Source of the DNA: Alphaproteobacteria bacterium
GTDB taxonomy: Bacteria > Pseudomonadota > Alphaproteobacteria > G963923945
NCBI GenBank assembly: GCA_963923945.1
Contig: OZ000551.1
Span: 335,671-399,670, forward strand
DNA: 64,000 nt
Direction of reading: 5' to 3'
Positions 1 to 9,726 of the stretch are shown here, one piece after another (the first letter of the stretch is position 1; each line of letters starts with the position of its first letter). The notes under the pieces were generated by a model. That model saw only the letters and a program-made list of their open reading frames with translations. It was not told the DNA's origin and did not search any database. The position numbers were made by a program, and so were the translations under genes.

Positions 1-786
1 ATCCAGGCTACCTTATCAGGAGCGCCAGGGATTGCCATCGGCAATATTATCGGCAGCAATATCGCCAATATTTTGCTCATCCTTGGCGTGAGCGCTTTCC
101 TATCACCAATTATATGCGATTCTGGTTCTTTGCGTCGCGATGGTATGGCGGTGGCGATGAGCGCTTTGATCTGTGTTGGCATCGTCATCACCGGTACCCT
201 CAGCCGTTTATCGGGTGGTATTCTGATTGCCTTGATGCTCGTCTATATCATCTATTCGTATCGTTGTGATCAAAGCGATGTCGACACCACCATCCATGCC
301 GAAGAGGCCGAATCGATCCCGCTGCTTCCAGGCGGCATCATCATGGCTGTTGCGGCACTCATCATCGGGATTACTGGGACTTTGGTTGGGGCACATTTTC
401 TGGTCTCGGCGGCCATTGAGATTGCCTCGGCTCTGGGTGTATCGCAATCGGTTATCGGTCTGAGCATGGTTGCTTTAGGAACGTCTCTGCCCGAATTGGC
501 CACCGCCATCATTGCCGGTTTACGTGGTCAAGCTGCTTTGGCCTTTGGGAATATCGTAGGCAGTAATATTTATAATGTTCTGGCTATACTCGGCGTTACA
601 GCACTGATACAGCCTTTGACGGTGCCACCAGATATTGCCGCGATTGATATTTGGGTGATGTTGGGGGCCACCGGCTTGATGGTTTTGATGGTCCTGCTGA
701 AACAGCCAATTGGCCGCCCCAAAGGGCTGTTGTTATTGGGGCTGTATAGTCTTTATGTTGGTAATTTGGCCTATCGTGGCTTCTGA
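1..786 (+). CDS. yrbG: Ca2+/Na+ antiporter, CaCA (YrbG) family; 5' end lies outside the window
   Basis: Frame 1 is open from base 1 (IQATLSGAPGIAIGNIIGSNIANILLILGVSA). A second copy of the internal alpha-repeat occurs later (AFGNIVGSNIYNVLAILGV). The profile is strongly hydrophobic and multi-TM, with a stop at 784-786. Confidence 0.75.
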   Translation: MQATLSGAPGIAIGNIIGSNIANILLILGVSAFLSPIICDSGSLRRDGMAVAMSALICVGIVITGTLSRLSGGILIALMLVYIIYSYRCDQSDVDTTIHAEEAESIPLLPGGIIMAVAALIIGITGTLVGAHFLVSAAIEIASALGVSQSVIGLSMVALGTSLPELATAIIAGLRGQAALAFGNIVGSNIYNVLAILGVTALIQPLTVPPDIAAIDIWVMLGATGLMVLMVLLKQPIGRPKGLLLLGLYSLYVGNLAYRGF

Positions 787-823
787 TACGGTCAGCGCAT
801 CCGCCACAGTTAGCGCCACGGTT

Positions 824-2674
824 TTAGGCCGAGGGGGAAGGCCCTTTTTCTTTCATCGCCGAGTCGGTGATTTCATGCAAGACGGCCTGCAGATTGCGGA
901 TATCGCCAATCAGAGACGAAGTCGTTTGGCTGATTGTCTTGGATAAACTGCCCACCTGAACCGCTTCACTGGAAACTTCCTCAATCCGCGCCGAGACTTC
1001 TTTGGCTCCTTTAGCGGCCTGTTTGACATTATTGGATATCTCGTCGGTGGCACTGCTCTGCCCTTCAACCGATTGTGCGATATCCTCAATCGCCTTATCA
1101 ATCTCTTCAATCGTGCTGGTAATTGCCTGAATCGCGGCCACCGAATTTTTGGTCACTTCCTGCATCTCGTTGACTTGCTGGGTAATCTCTTCGGTCGATT
1201 GCCGAGTCTGATTGGCCAAGTCCTTGACCTCATTGGCAACCACCGCAAAACCCTTACCCGACTCACCGGCCCGGGCCGCCTCAATGGTGGCATTCAACGC
1301 CAGTAAATTGGTCTGTTCGGCAATCTCACTAATCAGAACCACCACATCCCCGACTTTGGTTGCCGTATCCGACAAGCTCGCGACAACCGAACGGGTATCG
1401 GTGGCTTGGGTCACAGCGGCTTTGGCCACCGTTGCCGAATGGCTGGCTTGGTCGGCAATCTCACGGATCGACTCACTCAAACGCTGGGCGGCCTGGGCCA
1501 TTGCTTGGGTATTGTTCATGGACTGGGTGGCGGCAGCAGCCACAACTTGGGCATTCGATTCAACACGGGTTGCGCCACCGGCCATATCCTCAGCCGCTTT
1601 GGCAACATCATTGGTCATCTCTACTGCCCCTTCAACAACTGAGGCAGTCTTATTATCGACTGTTTGGGCCATATTTTTGACCGCAGCCGTGGTCTGGAGA
1701 CGGGCGGTCTCCGAACGTTCAAGATCAATTTTTGCCGCTTTTTCGGCTTGCCGACGCTGATCCAAAATCGCTTTATGCATCGTCTTGAGAGCATGCAAAA
1801 GTTTCCTTGTCTCTCCCTGACCACTGATTGTGACATCAATATCCAGTTGACCTTCAGCAATCTTTTCAGCTGATTGAATCGCTCCGGTAATCGGCCGCAC
1901 AATGATGCTGGACACAACCAGGGAAATCAACAAGGCCAACAAGCCAACACCATAAAAAGTATATTGAGACTGGATATTGAATTCTTCAGAGACTTGCCGG
2001 ACTGTATTGCCCACTTCCATAGAATGGGCCTCGACTTCTTGGGCCAGTATCAGCTTTTCAAAACCATGCGCAGAGGTTTCTTCCACAAACCCCCCTAACG
2101 TCGACTCCCATTGCTTAATTTGGGTATTGGCGCCATTGATGGCTTCATCATCACGATCTTCGACAACTTTACGAATGAAGACCATAAATCCCTCAGTCTC
2201 GCTGGAAAAATTCACAATTTGCTCACGCAGGGAGTCTGAAATGCTGCGTTCTTCGGCAACTTTGAGATCTTCGAGAAAAGCGCTGTGAATCTCTTCTAAT
2301 TGAGTAAGAAATTCCTCGTAAAGCGGTTGTTGCGCGTCTGTCTCAGCCGCCGCCGGTGCATCAATAGCCTCTTTACCCGCCGAAAGAGCCAAAAGTCTCT
2401 GACGCTCCGAAAACATCGGGAAATCACCCATAAGAAGCGCAATTTTTGCCGATAACTGGGAGAGTTTGGTCTCTGCCGATCGCAAAAAATTGACCGATTG
2501 CAATGGATAATTATAGATATAGACCGCGTTGGTTGACGCCGTTTCGGCCAATTCACTCACATCAATGGCCAACTGGGCGATTTCTGTGGTTTTACGTAAT
2601 TGGTAAAACAGAACGGCACCAACCAGAATGACAACAATTAAGAAACCAATGATGAGTTGAAGGCGTATAGGCAT
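824..2674 (-). CDS. methyl-accepting chemotaxis protein (N-terminal TM, HAMP, MCP signalling domain)
   Basis: 616 aa ORF. N-terminal TM helix ([17 protein letters not shown]), second TM, coiled-coil methylation region. Highly conserved MCP signalling hairpin motif ([25 protein letters not shown]). Confidence 0.9.
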   Translation of the reverse strand: MPIRLQLIIGFLIVVILVGAVLFYQLRKTTEIAQLAIDVSELAETASTNAVYIYNYPLQSVNFLRSAETKLSQLSAKIALLMGDFPMFSERQRLLALSAGKEAIDAPAAAETDAQQPLYEEFLTQLEEIHSAFLEDLKVAEERSISDSLREQIVNFSSETEGFMVFIRKVVEDRDDEAINGANTQIKQWESTLGGFVEETSAHGFEKLILAQEVEAHSMEVGNTVRQVSEEFNIQSQYTFYGVGLLALLISLVVSSIIVRPITGAIQSAEKIAEGQLDIDVTISGQGETRKLLHALKTMHKAILDQRRQAEKAAKIDLERSETARLQTTAAVKNMAQTVDNKTASVVEGAVEMTNDVAKAAEDMAGGATRVESNAQVVAAAATQSMNNTQAMAQAAQRLSESIREIADQASHSATVAKAAVTQATDTRSVVASLSDTATKVGDVVVLISEIAEQTNLLALNATIEAARAGESGKGFAVVANEVKDLANQTRQSTEEITQQVNEMQEVTKNSVAAIQAITSTIEEIDKAIEDIAQSVEGQSSATDEISNNVKQAAKGAKEVSARIEEVSSEAVQVGSLSKTISQTTSSLIGDIRNLQAVLHEITDSAMKEKGPSPSA

Positions 2675-2882
2675 GGAGAAAGCACCTTATAAGCAGTCAA
2701 TAGCCCTATCAATAATCTGTCAATAGCCTGTCGTCATTCGGGATTCCGAAAGTCGTCATCAATTTTAGACCTTCTCGTGTCTAAAATTTTGTCCATGACT
2801 CACATGTACATGACTGAGAGAATTAACGAGATGATGATTATTCGACCGCTTTATTCAATTACTTTATTTTACCTTGAGTACT

Positions 2883-3215
2883 TTATTCTACCTCAAGCGT
2901 CATTTTCATTTTGGGGTGAATGCCACAACGCACTTCGTAGGTACCAGCCTCATCCAATGTCAGTTCAGCCGACTTCCCAGGCTTTTGCAACCCACTGTTG
3001 TAACGCATTTTACTGATTAAAATATTATGGGCAACCTTGTCATTGTTCAGGAAAACAAGGGTGTCACCAACTTTAGCCTTGACCGTTTCCGGGTCAAATT
3101 TCTTATCCATTTGCGAAACAGTTACAGACTCGGCCTGGGCGGTGGCCACAAAAAAACAGAGAAAGAAGAGCATCCAAAGAGGAATTTTTTGGCCCCATAT
3201 TTTCCAAAACATCAT
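2883..3215 (-). CDS. type-1 copper cupredoxin (amicyanin/pseudoazurin-like blue copper protein) with signal peptide
   Basis: Start at internal Met gives a signal peptide (MMFWKIWGQKIPLWMLFFLCFFVATAQA). Ligand pattern His...Cys-x-x-His-x-x-Met (VAHNI ... RCGIHPKMKM) is typical of small blue copper proteins. It lies adjacent to cytochrome c peroxidase. Confidence 0.7.
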   Translation of the reverse strand: MMFWKIWGQKIPLWMLFFLCFFVATAQAESVTVSQMDKKFDPETVKAKVGDTLVFLNNDKVAHNILISKMRYNSGLQKPGKSAELTLDEAGTYEVRCGIHPKMKMTLEVE

Positions 3216-3395
3216 TGACGACCTCCAGCTTGATTGGGGATTAAGAATATCAGAGCAGCGACTCACCAACATTCACCTTTCCGACGGTCAGAGATATCCT
3301 TTACCGATACCCATATAATATTAAGTATAGCCAAAAGATAAATGAATGATCGCTGAAAGTCTCGGACTTATTGAATCGGTCCAGCGGATCACTGG

Positions 3396-4553
3396 TTAGT
3401 TGGGCAAAATAGGAAAGGCCACCGGATCGTCTTGACTGGTCAAGGTCTTAAGAAAAGCAATAAGATCGGCCTTTTCACCCGCAGTAAGATCAAGAGGTCG
3501 CATCTCAGAAGAGAGTGAGGGGCGTTCGACAAATTCATCATTATAATGGTCAATGACCGCCTCTAATGTGTTCAAAGAACCGTCATGCATGTATGGCGCC
3601 CGACTGGTTAAATTACGCAAACCAGGGGTCTTAAAGGCATGGCGAAATTGCTCAATGCCGCTGACAACCCCGGCCCGCCCTATATCATCATCAGGCAACC
3701 CAATATCATGGTAGCTATCATCCGTGAAATTCCAGCCAGAATGACAGGCCACACAACGCGCTTTACCGTTGAACAAGTCAAAGCCACGCTTGGCAGCGTC
3801 ATCAATGGCCTGTTCTCGACCATCAACCCAATGGTCAAAAGGCGCTTTATTGGAAACAACCGTACGTTGATAGGTTGCCAACGCCTTGGCAATGTTACCC
3901 TCGGTAAGGCCACTATTGGGAAAAGCGTCATTAAATAGAGCGGCGTAGCCAGGAATTTTCTTCAATTCATCAACCAATGAATCAAGAGGCTGATTCATCT
4001 CATTGCTGTCTCTGATTGGCATCAGGGCTTGCTCTTCCAAGCTCAAGGCACGCCCATCCCAGAAAAACGTCTCTCCCCAGGCCAAATTAAGGATAGTCTG
4101 ACTATGGCGCTTAAGTTTCTGCTCCCCGGCGCCGATAGCGGTGGGGTTGCCATCCTCCCAACCCAAAGAGGGATTATGACAGGTCGAACATGAGGTCGCG
4201 TTGCTCTTTGATAAGCGGGGATCAAAAAACAACATTTTGCCCAATGCCGTCTTCTCAGGCGTATAGGCATTATCCTCAGGAAAGGGAATAAAACGCGGGC
4301 GGGTATATTCTTCTCTTAAGGTATTTTGAGCAACACCCTTTTTAAGCGCCAATTCGTTTGCCGAGGCGGCCCCAAACGGACCCGGCATTAGGGAAAAACT
4401 CAAAAAGGTGAAACTGAAAAAAAGGATCAAAAACAAAGGAAAAAAAGACGCTAAACAAGAGGAACGCCTTAAGAAAAAGCATCTTAAAATCTCATGAAAA
4501 ATCCTGTAAGAATTTCTTAAAAAGAGAATTGCGAAAGAAAACACAAAACACAT
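3396..4553 (-). CDS. ccp: di-haem cytochrome c peroxidase (CCP/MauG family)
   Basis: Two CxxCH haem motifs (CSTCHNP and CVACHSG). Conserved CCP core (FFDPRLS, FKTPGLRN, PYMHDGS). The N-terminus is hydrophobic; the true start may be a non-ATG codon downstream of the annotated Met. Confidence 0.85.
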   Translation of the reverse strand: MCFVFSFAILFLRNSYRIFHEILRCFFLRRSSCLASFFPLFLILFFSFTFLSFSLMPGPFGAASANELALKKGVAQNTLREEYTRPRFIPFPEDNAYTPEKTALGKMLFFDPRLSKSNATSCSTCHNPSLGWEDGNPTAIGAGEQKLKRHSQTILNLAWGETFFWDGRALSLEEQALMPIRDSNEMNQPLDSLVDELKKIPGYAALFNDAFPNSGLTEGNIAKALATYQRTVVSNKAPFDHWVDGREQAIDDAAKRGFDLFNGKARCVACHSGWNFTDDSYHDIGLPDDDIGRAGVVSGIEQFRHAFKTPGLRNLTSRAPYMHDGSLNTLEAVIDHYNDEFVERPSLSSEMRPLDLTAGEKADLIAFLKTLTSQDDPVAFPILPN

Positions 4554-4621
4554 TTGTAGAATAACCTTTTTTGTAGAATAAACTTCCTTAAATTTTACCT
4601 AAACCAATATCAACATTCTGA

Positions 4622-4668
4622 TACTTTTTACATTTTTACATTTTTACATTTTTGTATTTTTCATACTT
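4622..4668. repeat. 9-bp tandem repeat (tacattttt) x about 4 in an AT-rich intergenic island
   Basis: Direct reading: tacatttttacatttttacatttttgtatttttcatac. Confidence 0.8.
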
Positions 4669-5319
4669 ACTAAAATTAAATTATAGTCAGTGAAGCGTTG
4701 ATGAATAAAGCATTCATAAATAAAATATTTGTCAATTTGTCTTCAATTTATTTCTTATCTATTACATTCTAATCACTGGTTATTTCACAATTCTACTGCC
4801 AATATATAACAAGTTTATAAGAAAGAATTAAGAAGAAATTATGTCTTTTTTAAGGATCTTTTCAAGCAACTGGTGCCATGATATGTCGTTGTTTATGTGA
4901 TTTTATACACTTATTACATCAATATAATGTATTTTAAGTTCAATTCCGGCCTTACTTGATTGAGCAGTGGTCGTCAGAGCATTCGACATCGCCGCATCAA
5001 TCTGATGAGACCGATGCAATAACGCTTGATTGCGTACAAAAACCGACTGATGCATGTATTCATATATAATGAAGGGGCTTTACGGTTAATATATTTCTTA
5101 TGATTGATCCCTGTTTTTATATGAATATCTGTGTGAATTTCATATACGAATTTCAGAGGTTTGGTTTTGATTAAAATCAGATTGATGGAGATTAAAAAAT
5201 TTAAAAAATGTGTTCTTTCAAAGGGAACGGCATCTTATCCACAATTAAAGTGATGTTATCGCCAGGATTCACAGCAATGACGTCTTGCCGATTGGTCATC
5301 GGGTCTCTAATTTCGCCTT

Positions 5320-6900
5320 ATGCCAACACCCAGTGACACTCTTTCTTCCTCCCCACACTTTGTTGGGGGGGACCGGCTGTCTACCACTTCTTCTGAAAGT
5401 GATTCAGACAATAAAATCGAGGTTTTGCGTGGGTCTGGAGCTGATTTAGGATCTGATCTCGCTTACCGCAGCCCACCCCATAATTATGATGCTGAGCGGT
5501 CCCTCTTGGGTGCTATTCTTATGAGCAACAGCACCTATGATAAGGTTTGTGACTTTTTAGCACCCGAACATTTTGCCGATCCGCTCAATGGGGATATTTA
5601 TCAAGCTGCGGGCCGCTTGATTGAACGTGGTCAAATCGCCGACGTCCAGACAATACGGGCCTATTTCGAGCATGATGGGGCCTTGGCTGAAATTGGCGGT
5701 GTGGCTTATTTGGTTCGTTTGGCTGAAGAGGCGGTGAGCATCCTGAATGCGGTTGCTTACGGCCGGGTCATTTATGATCTGGCATTGCGCCGTGTGTTGA
5801 TCAGTCTGGGAACCGATCTGGTGAATGACTCCCATGAAGCCGACATTGACCGCCCGGCTGTGACACTGATTGAAGATGCCGAACAAAAACTTTATGATCT
5901 GGCGACTTCCGGTGCCATTGATAAAGGGCCACAGAATTTCTCTACCAGCCTCGGGCAAGCCATCGGCAGCATCGAAGCGGCTTATCAGAGCAGCGGCGCT
6001 CTCACCGGTGTTCCGACCGGCTTCCAAGACCTGGACAAACTTCTGGGCGGCTTGCATCGCTCAGATCTGGTGATTTTGGCTGGCCGCCCCTCAATGGGTA
6101 AGACCGCCCTGGCGACCAATATCGCTTTTCATGTTGCTGATCTTTGGCGGCGCGGTCAAGAAACCGGGGAAAAAACCGGGGCCGGGGTTGCTTTTTTCTC
6201 CCTTGAAATGTCCTCAGAACAGTTGGCGACCCGTATTCTGGCCGAACAGGCGGCCATTCGCTCTGAACAGCTGCGCCGAGGGGCTATCTCGGATGAAGAA
6301 TTTCAGCGTCTGGTTGCGGTATCGGGGCAAATTGAGGATTTACCTCTTTACATTGATGATTCACCAGCCTTGACCATCTCAGCCATGCGCAGCCGGGCCC
6401 GACGTCTCAAGCGGCTGCATGACAATCTGGGTCTGGTGGTGGTTGATTATCTGCAGCTGGTTTCCGCACCCGGCCGTCAGCGTGTGGATAATCGGGTTTT
6501 GGAAGTTGGCGAAATTTCACGTGGTCTCAAGGCACTGGCCAAAGAGCTGGATGTACCGGTTCTGGCTTTATCTCAATTATCGCGCAAAGTTGAAGACCGC
6601 GAAGATAAACGCCCGCAGCTGGCTGATTTACGCGAATCCGGCTCGATTGAACAAGACGCCGATATCGTCATGTTCATCTTTCGTGAAGAATATTATTATG
6701 CCCGCACCAAACCTGAAGAGGGAACCGAGAAACATGATCAATGGCAAGAGAAGATGGAACGGGTTCATAATCTTGCCGAAGTGATTGTCGCCAAGCAACG
6801 TCACGGCCCAATCGGTGATATCAAACTCTATTTTGACGCCATGATGACCAAATTCAGTGACCATATCGAAGAATCCCGCCTGCCGGAATCTTTCGGCTAA
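5320..6900 (+). CDS. dnaB: replicative DNA helicase DnaB
   Basis: 526 aa. Walker A (AGRPSMGKTALATNIA), DnaB C-terminal RecA-like motifs (FSLEMS, VVVDYLQL, ALSQLSR, ESGSIEQDADIV). Confidence 0.95.
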   Translation: MPTPSDTLSSSPHFVGGDRLSTTSSESDSDNKIEVLRGSGADLGSDLAYRSPPHNYDAERSLLGAILMSNSTYDKVCDFLAPEHFADPLNGDIYQAAGRLIERGQIADVQTIRAYFEHDGALAEIGGVAYLVRLAEEAVSILNAVAYGRVIYDLALRRVLISLGTDLVNDSHEADIDRPAVTLIEDAEQKLYDLATSGAIDKGPQNFSTSLGQAIGSIEAAYQSSGALTGVPTGFQDLDKLLGGLHRSDLVILAGRPSMGKTALATNIAFHVADLWRRGQETGEKTGAGVAFFSLEMSSEQLATRILAEQAAIRSEQLRRGAISDEEFQRLVAVSGQIEDLPLYIDDSPALTISAMRSRARRLKRLHDNLGLVVVDYLQLVSAPGRQRVDNRVLEVGEISRGLKALAKELDVPVLALSQLSRKVEDREDKRPQLADLRESGSIEQDADIVMFIFREEYYYARTKPEEGTEKHDQWQEKMERVHNLAEVIVAKQRHGPIGDIKLYFDAMMTKFSDHIEESRLPESFG

Positions 6901-6925
6901 ACCGGCCCGATTCTTATCCTCATCC

Positions 6926-8047
6926 ATGCCATTTGATGATTACAGGGCCGAGCGCAACGGTGCCCTCCTCACCATTGATCTAAATGCGGTTGCCGCCAAC
7001 TGGGCTTATTTACAGGCCCATCTGAGCAAAGAATGTGCTCTTGGCGCGGTGGTCAAGGCCGATGCGTATGGTTTGGGAATGGGGAAAATTGCTCCTCTCT
7101 TGCACCAGTTGGGATGCCGGCATTTTTTTGTCGCCGATCCTGAGGAAGGGATGCGCTTGCGCCGTATTCTCAAGCAGGCGGCGATTTATGTCCTCAATGG
7201 CCCGGCCCGGCCCCAAGATGCCATCAATATGGCTGAAAATCACCTGATCCCGGTTTTGAACGATCAACGCCAATGCGATATATGGCGTCAATACGGCACC
7301 GCTCATGATGCCTTCAAGGTCGTTTTACATGTTGACACCGGGATGAATCGTTTGGGATTTGGTCTGCAAGATTTACGGGATCATACGTCTTCTATTCTGT
7401 CTGATCTCTGCCTGGATTATGTGATGAGTCATCTGGCTTGCGCCGACGACCCGCACCACCCCCTCAACGCCAAGCAACATGCAGAAATCATTGAGGCGGC
7501 AACAATTCTCCAAACCAGCAGGCTCAGCCTGGCCAATTCGCCGGGTATTTTTCTCGGACCCTCCTATCATTTCAGCTTGGCGCGGGCTGGTGGGGCACTT
7601 TATGGCCTCAACCCGACCCCGGGAAAACCCAACCCGATGCAGCCGGTGATCACTTTGGAATCGCCAATTATTCAAATACGCAGCATTGCCCCACCGAACA
7701 GTATTGGCTATGGGGCCAGCTTTACCCTGGATACACCCAAACGGATCGCTACATTGGCGATGGGGTATGCCGATGGCTATCCGCGGTGTTTGGGCAATCG
7801 GGGAAAGGTGCTGGCCGCCGGGACATGGGTGCCGATTGTTGGACGGGTTTCGATGGATTATATCACCCTTGATATTAGCCAAATTCCAGAAGACAATATT
7901 TCTATCGGTGACCGCGTGCAGTTGGTCGGCCCGGGATATGATACCGATGATCTGGCCCGGCAAGCGGGAAGTATCGGCTATGAAATTCTCATCCGTATCG
8001 GCCAATCTTGCCGTCGTGCTTATAAATCGGGTATTGCGATATCATGA
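6926..8047 (+). CDS. alr: alanine racemase
   Basis: PLP-lysine motif AVVKADAYGLG near the N-terminus. Typical length with start at the internal Met (MPFDDYRAERNG) at 6926, just after the dnaB stop. dnaB-alr synteny is conserved in alphaproteobacteria. Confidence 0.9.
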   Translation: MPFDDYRAERNGALLTIDLNAVAANWAYLQAHLSKECALGAVVKADAYGLGMGKIAPLLHQLGCRHFFVADPEEGMRLRRILKQAAIYVLNGPARPQDAINMAENHLIPVLNDQRQCDIWRQYGTAHDAFKVVLHVDTGMNRLGFGLQDLRDHTSSILSDLCLDYVMSHLACADDPHHPLNAKQHAEIIEAATILQTSRLSLANSPGIFLGPSYHFSLARAGGALYGLNPTPGKPNPMQPVITLESPIIQIRSIAPPNSIGYGASFTLDTPKRIATLAMGYADGYPRCLGNRGKVLAAGTWVPIVGRVSMDYITLDISQIPEDNISIGDRVQLVGPGYDTDDLARQAGSIGYEILIRIGQSCRRAYKSGIAIS

Positions 8048-8865
8048 CTCGAGTCTCTCCATCCGCACCAGCCAGCCTTATGAAAGGTTTCATCGGTCTT
8101 CTGGCCCGTATTGGGCGTTTGTTCCTGGGCTTTCTGGCGGCCACCGGGCGGCTGGCTTTATTTGTTCCAATGGTGCTCCGCCATTGTTTCACGCCACCGT
8201 TTTATCCCCGCTTGATTGTCCAGCAAATGGTGAGTATTGGCTATTTCTCTTTGCCGGTGGTTGGGTTGACGGCGGTGTTTACCGGCATGGTTCTGGTTCT
8301 CCAAACCTATACCGGCTTTGCCCGTTTTTCAGCCGAAAGTGCGGTTCCCAATGTCTTGGTCATTTCGATCACCCGCGAATTGGGACCGGTTCTGGCCGGT
8401 TTGATGATTGCGGGTCGGGTGGGTGCAGCCATTGCTGCTGAGATCGGCACCATGCGGGTGACCGAACAAATTGATGCCTTGACCACCCTTTCAACCAACC
8501 CGTTTAAGTATCTCATTGCCCCGCGGGTTATTGCCGGTGTCACCATGCTGCCTTTATTGGTTCTGGTTGCCGATAGCATCGGTGTTTTTGGTGGTTATGT
8601 GATCAGTGTTTATAATCTTGGCTTTAACCCGACCCTCTATCTCAAGAACAGCTGGGGTTTTGTGACCCAAATTGATATTATTTCCGGCTTGGTGAAAGCC
8701 GCTTTATTCGGCTTCATTGTCACGGTGATGGGTTGTTATCACGGTTATCATTCCAAGGGCGGAGCCCAAGGAGTGGGAGCGGCAACGACAACTTCGGTGG
8801 TTTCGTCTTCGATCTTGATTCTCTGCTCCAATTATTTTGTGGCGTCATTATTTTTTGGGACATAA
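8044..8865 (+). CDS. mlaE: phospholipid/organic-solvent ABC transporter permease MlaE
   Basis: 273 aa polytopic membrane protein with the MlaE/Ttg2B signature region (LIAPRVIAGVTMLPLLVLVADSIGVFGGY). Followed by a cognate ATPase. Confidence 0.85.
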   Translation: MTRVSPSAPASLMKGFIGLLARIGRLFLGFLAATGRLALFVPMVLRHCFTPPFYPRLIVQQMVSIGYFSLPVVGLTAVFTGMVLVLQTYTGFARFSAESAVPNVLVISITRELGPVLAGLMIAGRVGAAIAAEIGTMRVTEQIDALTTLSTNPFKYLIAPRVIAGVTMLPLLVLVADSIGVFGGYVISVYNLGFNPTLYLKNSWGFVTQIDIISGLVKAALFGFIVTVMGCYHGYHSKGGAQGVGAATTTSVVSSSILILCSNYFVASLFFGT

Positions 8866-8936
8866 TTTTTTCCTCTTCAATTCAGTCGGCTGAAATAAAA
8901 CAATAAAAATGAATCGATAAGAACGGGTCGATAAAA

Positions 8937-9704
8937 ATGAGCCAAAAAATTCGTATACGTGATCTGCGCAAATCGTTCGGAAGCAAAACGGTTCTTGATG
9001 GCGTATCGCTTGATCTTGAAGCGCATCAGTCTCTGGTGATTATCGGCGGTTCGGGGAGCGGCAAATCGGTTCTTCTGAAATGTATTCTTGGCTTGTTGCG
9101 CCCGGATTCAGGGCAGATTGAGATTGATGGTGAAGATGTTATTGCCGCCTCCCCGGCCCGGCGCAGCCTGCTCAATCAACGTATGGGTATGTTGTTTCAA
9201 AATGGTGCTTTGTTTGACAGCTTGACGGTTTGGGAAAATGTGGCTTTCGGCTTGATGGAAGGCCGTGGCATGCCCCGTCATGATGCTCGGGTGGTGGCCA
9301 TCAAAAAGCTGGCCCAAGTGGGTTTAGAAGAACAGGTTGGAGAATTACGGCCCTCTGAAATATCGGGAGGCATGCAAAAACGGGTCGGTCTGGCCCGGGC
9401 GATTGCCACCGATCCGGAGGTCATTTTTTTTGATGAACCGACCACCGGTCTTGACCCGATTATGGGTGATATCATCAATGACCTGATTGTCCGATGCGTC
9501 AAAGAAGCCAAAGCATCGGCCTTGACGATTACCCATGATATGGCCAGTGCCCGTAAAATTGGTGATCGTATCGCCATGCTCTATCAAGGGAAAATCATCT
9601 GGAGTGGCGCTGCCGCCGAAATTGAGCAGAGCCATAGTCCCCATGTCGATCAATTCATTCATGGCCGGGCTGAAGGGCCGATAAAAATGGCTGTTCGAGC
9701 CTGA
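8937..9704 (+). CDS. mlaF: ABC transporter ATP-binding protein MlaF
   Basis: Walker A GGSGSGKS, ABC signature SGGMQKRVGLARA, Walker B IFFDEPTTGLD, H-loop ITHD. Confidence 0.85.
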   Translation: MSQKIRIRDLRKSFGSKTVLDGVSLDLEAHQSLVIIGGSGSGKSVLLKCILGLLRPDSGQIEIDGEDVIAASPARRSLLNQRMGMLFQNGALFDSLTVWENVAFGLMEGRGMPRHDARVVAIKKLAQVGLEEQVGELRPSEISGGMQKRVGLARAIATDPEVIFFDEPTTGLDPIMGDIINDLIVRCVKEAKASALTITHDMASARKIGDRIAMLYQGKIIWSGAAAEIEQSHSPHVDQFIHGRAEGPIKMAVRA

Positions 9705-9726
9705 TTCTGCCCAGGAGCAGACGATT

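Noticed and set aside
1212-1760. 182-aa and neighbouring plus-strand ORFs inside the MCP gene
   Set aside because: Overlap the well-supported minus-strand MCP gene in antisense. Ala-rich composition typical of GC-skewed shadow frames.
7373-8441. 210-aa minus-strand and 251-aa plus-strand ORFs overlapping alr/mlaE
   Set aside because: Alternative-frame or antisense overlaps of confidently assigned alr and mlaE. No motifs.
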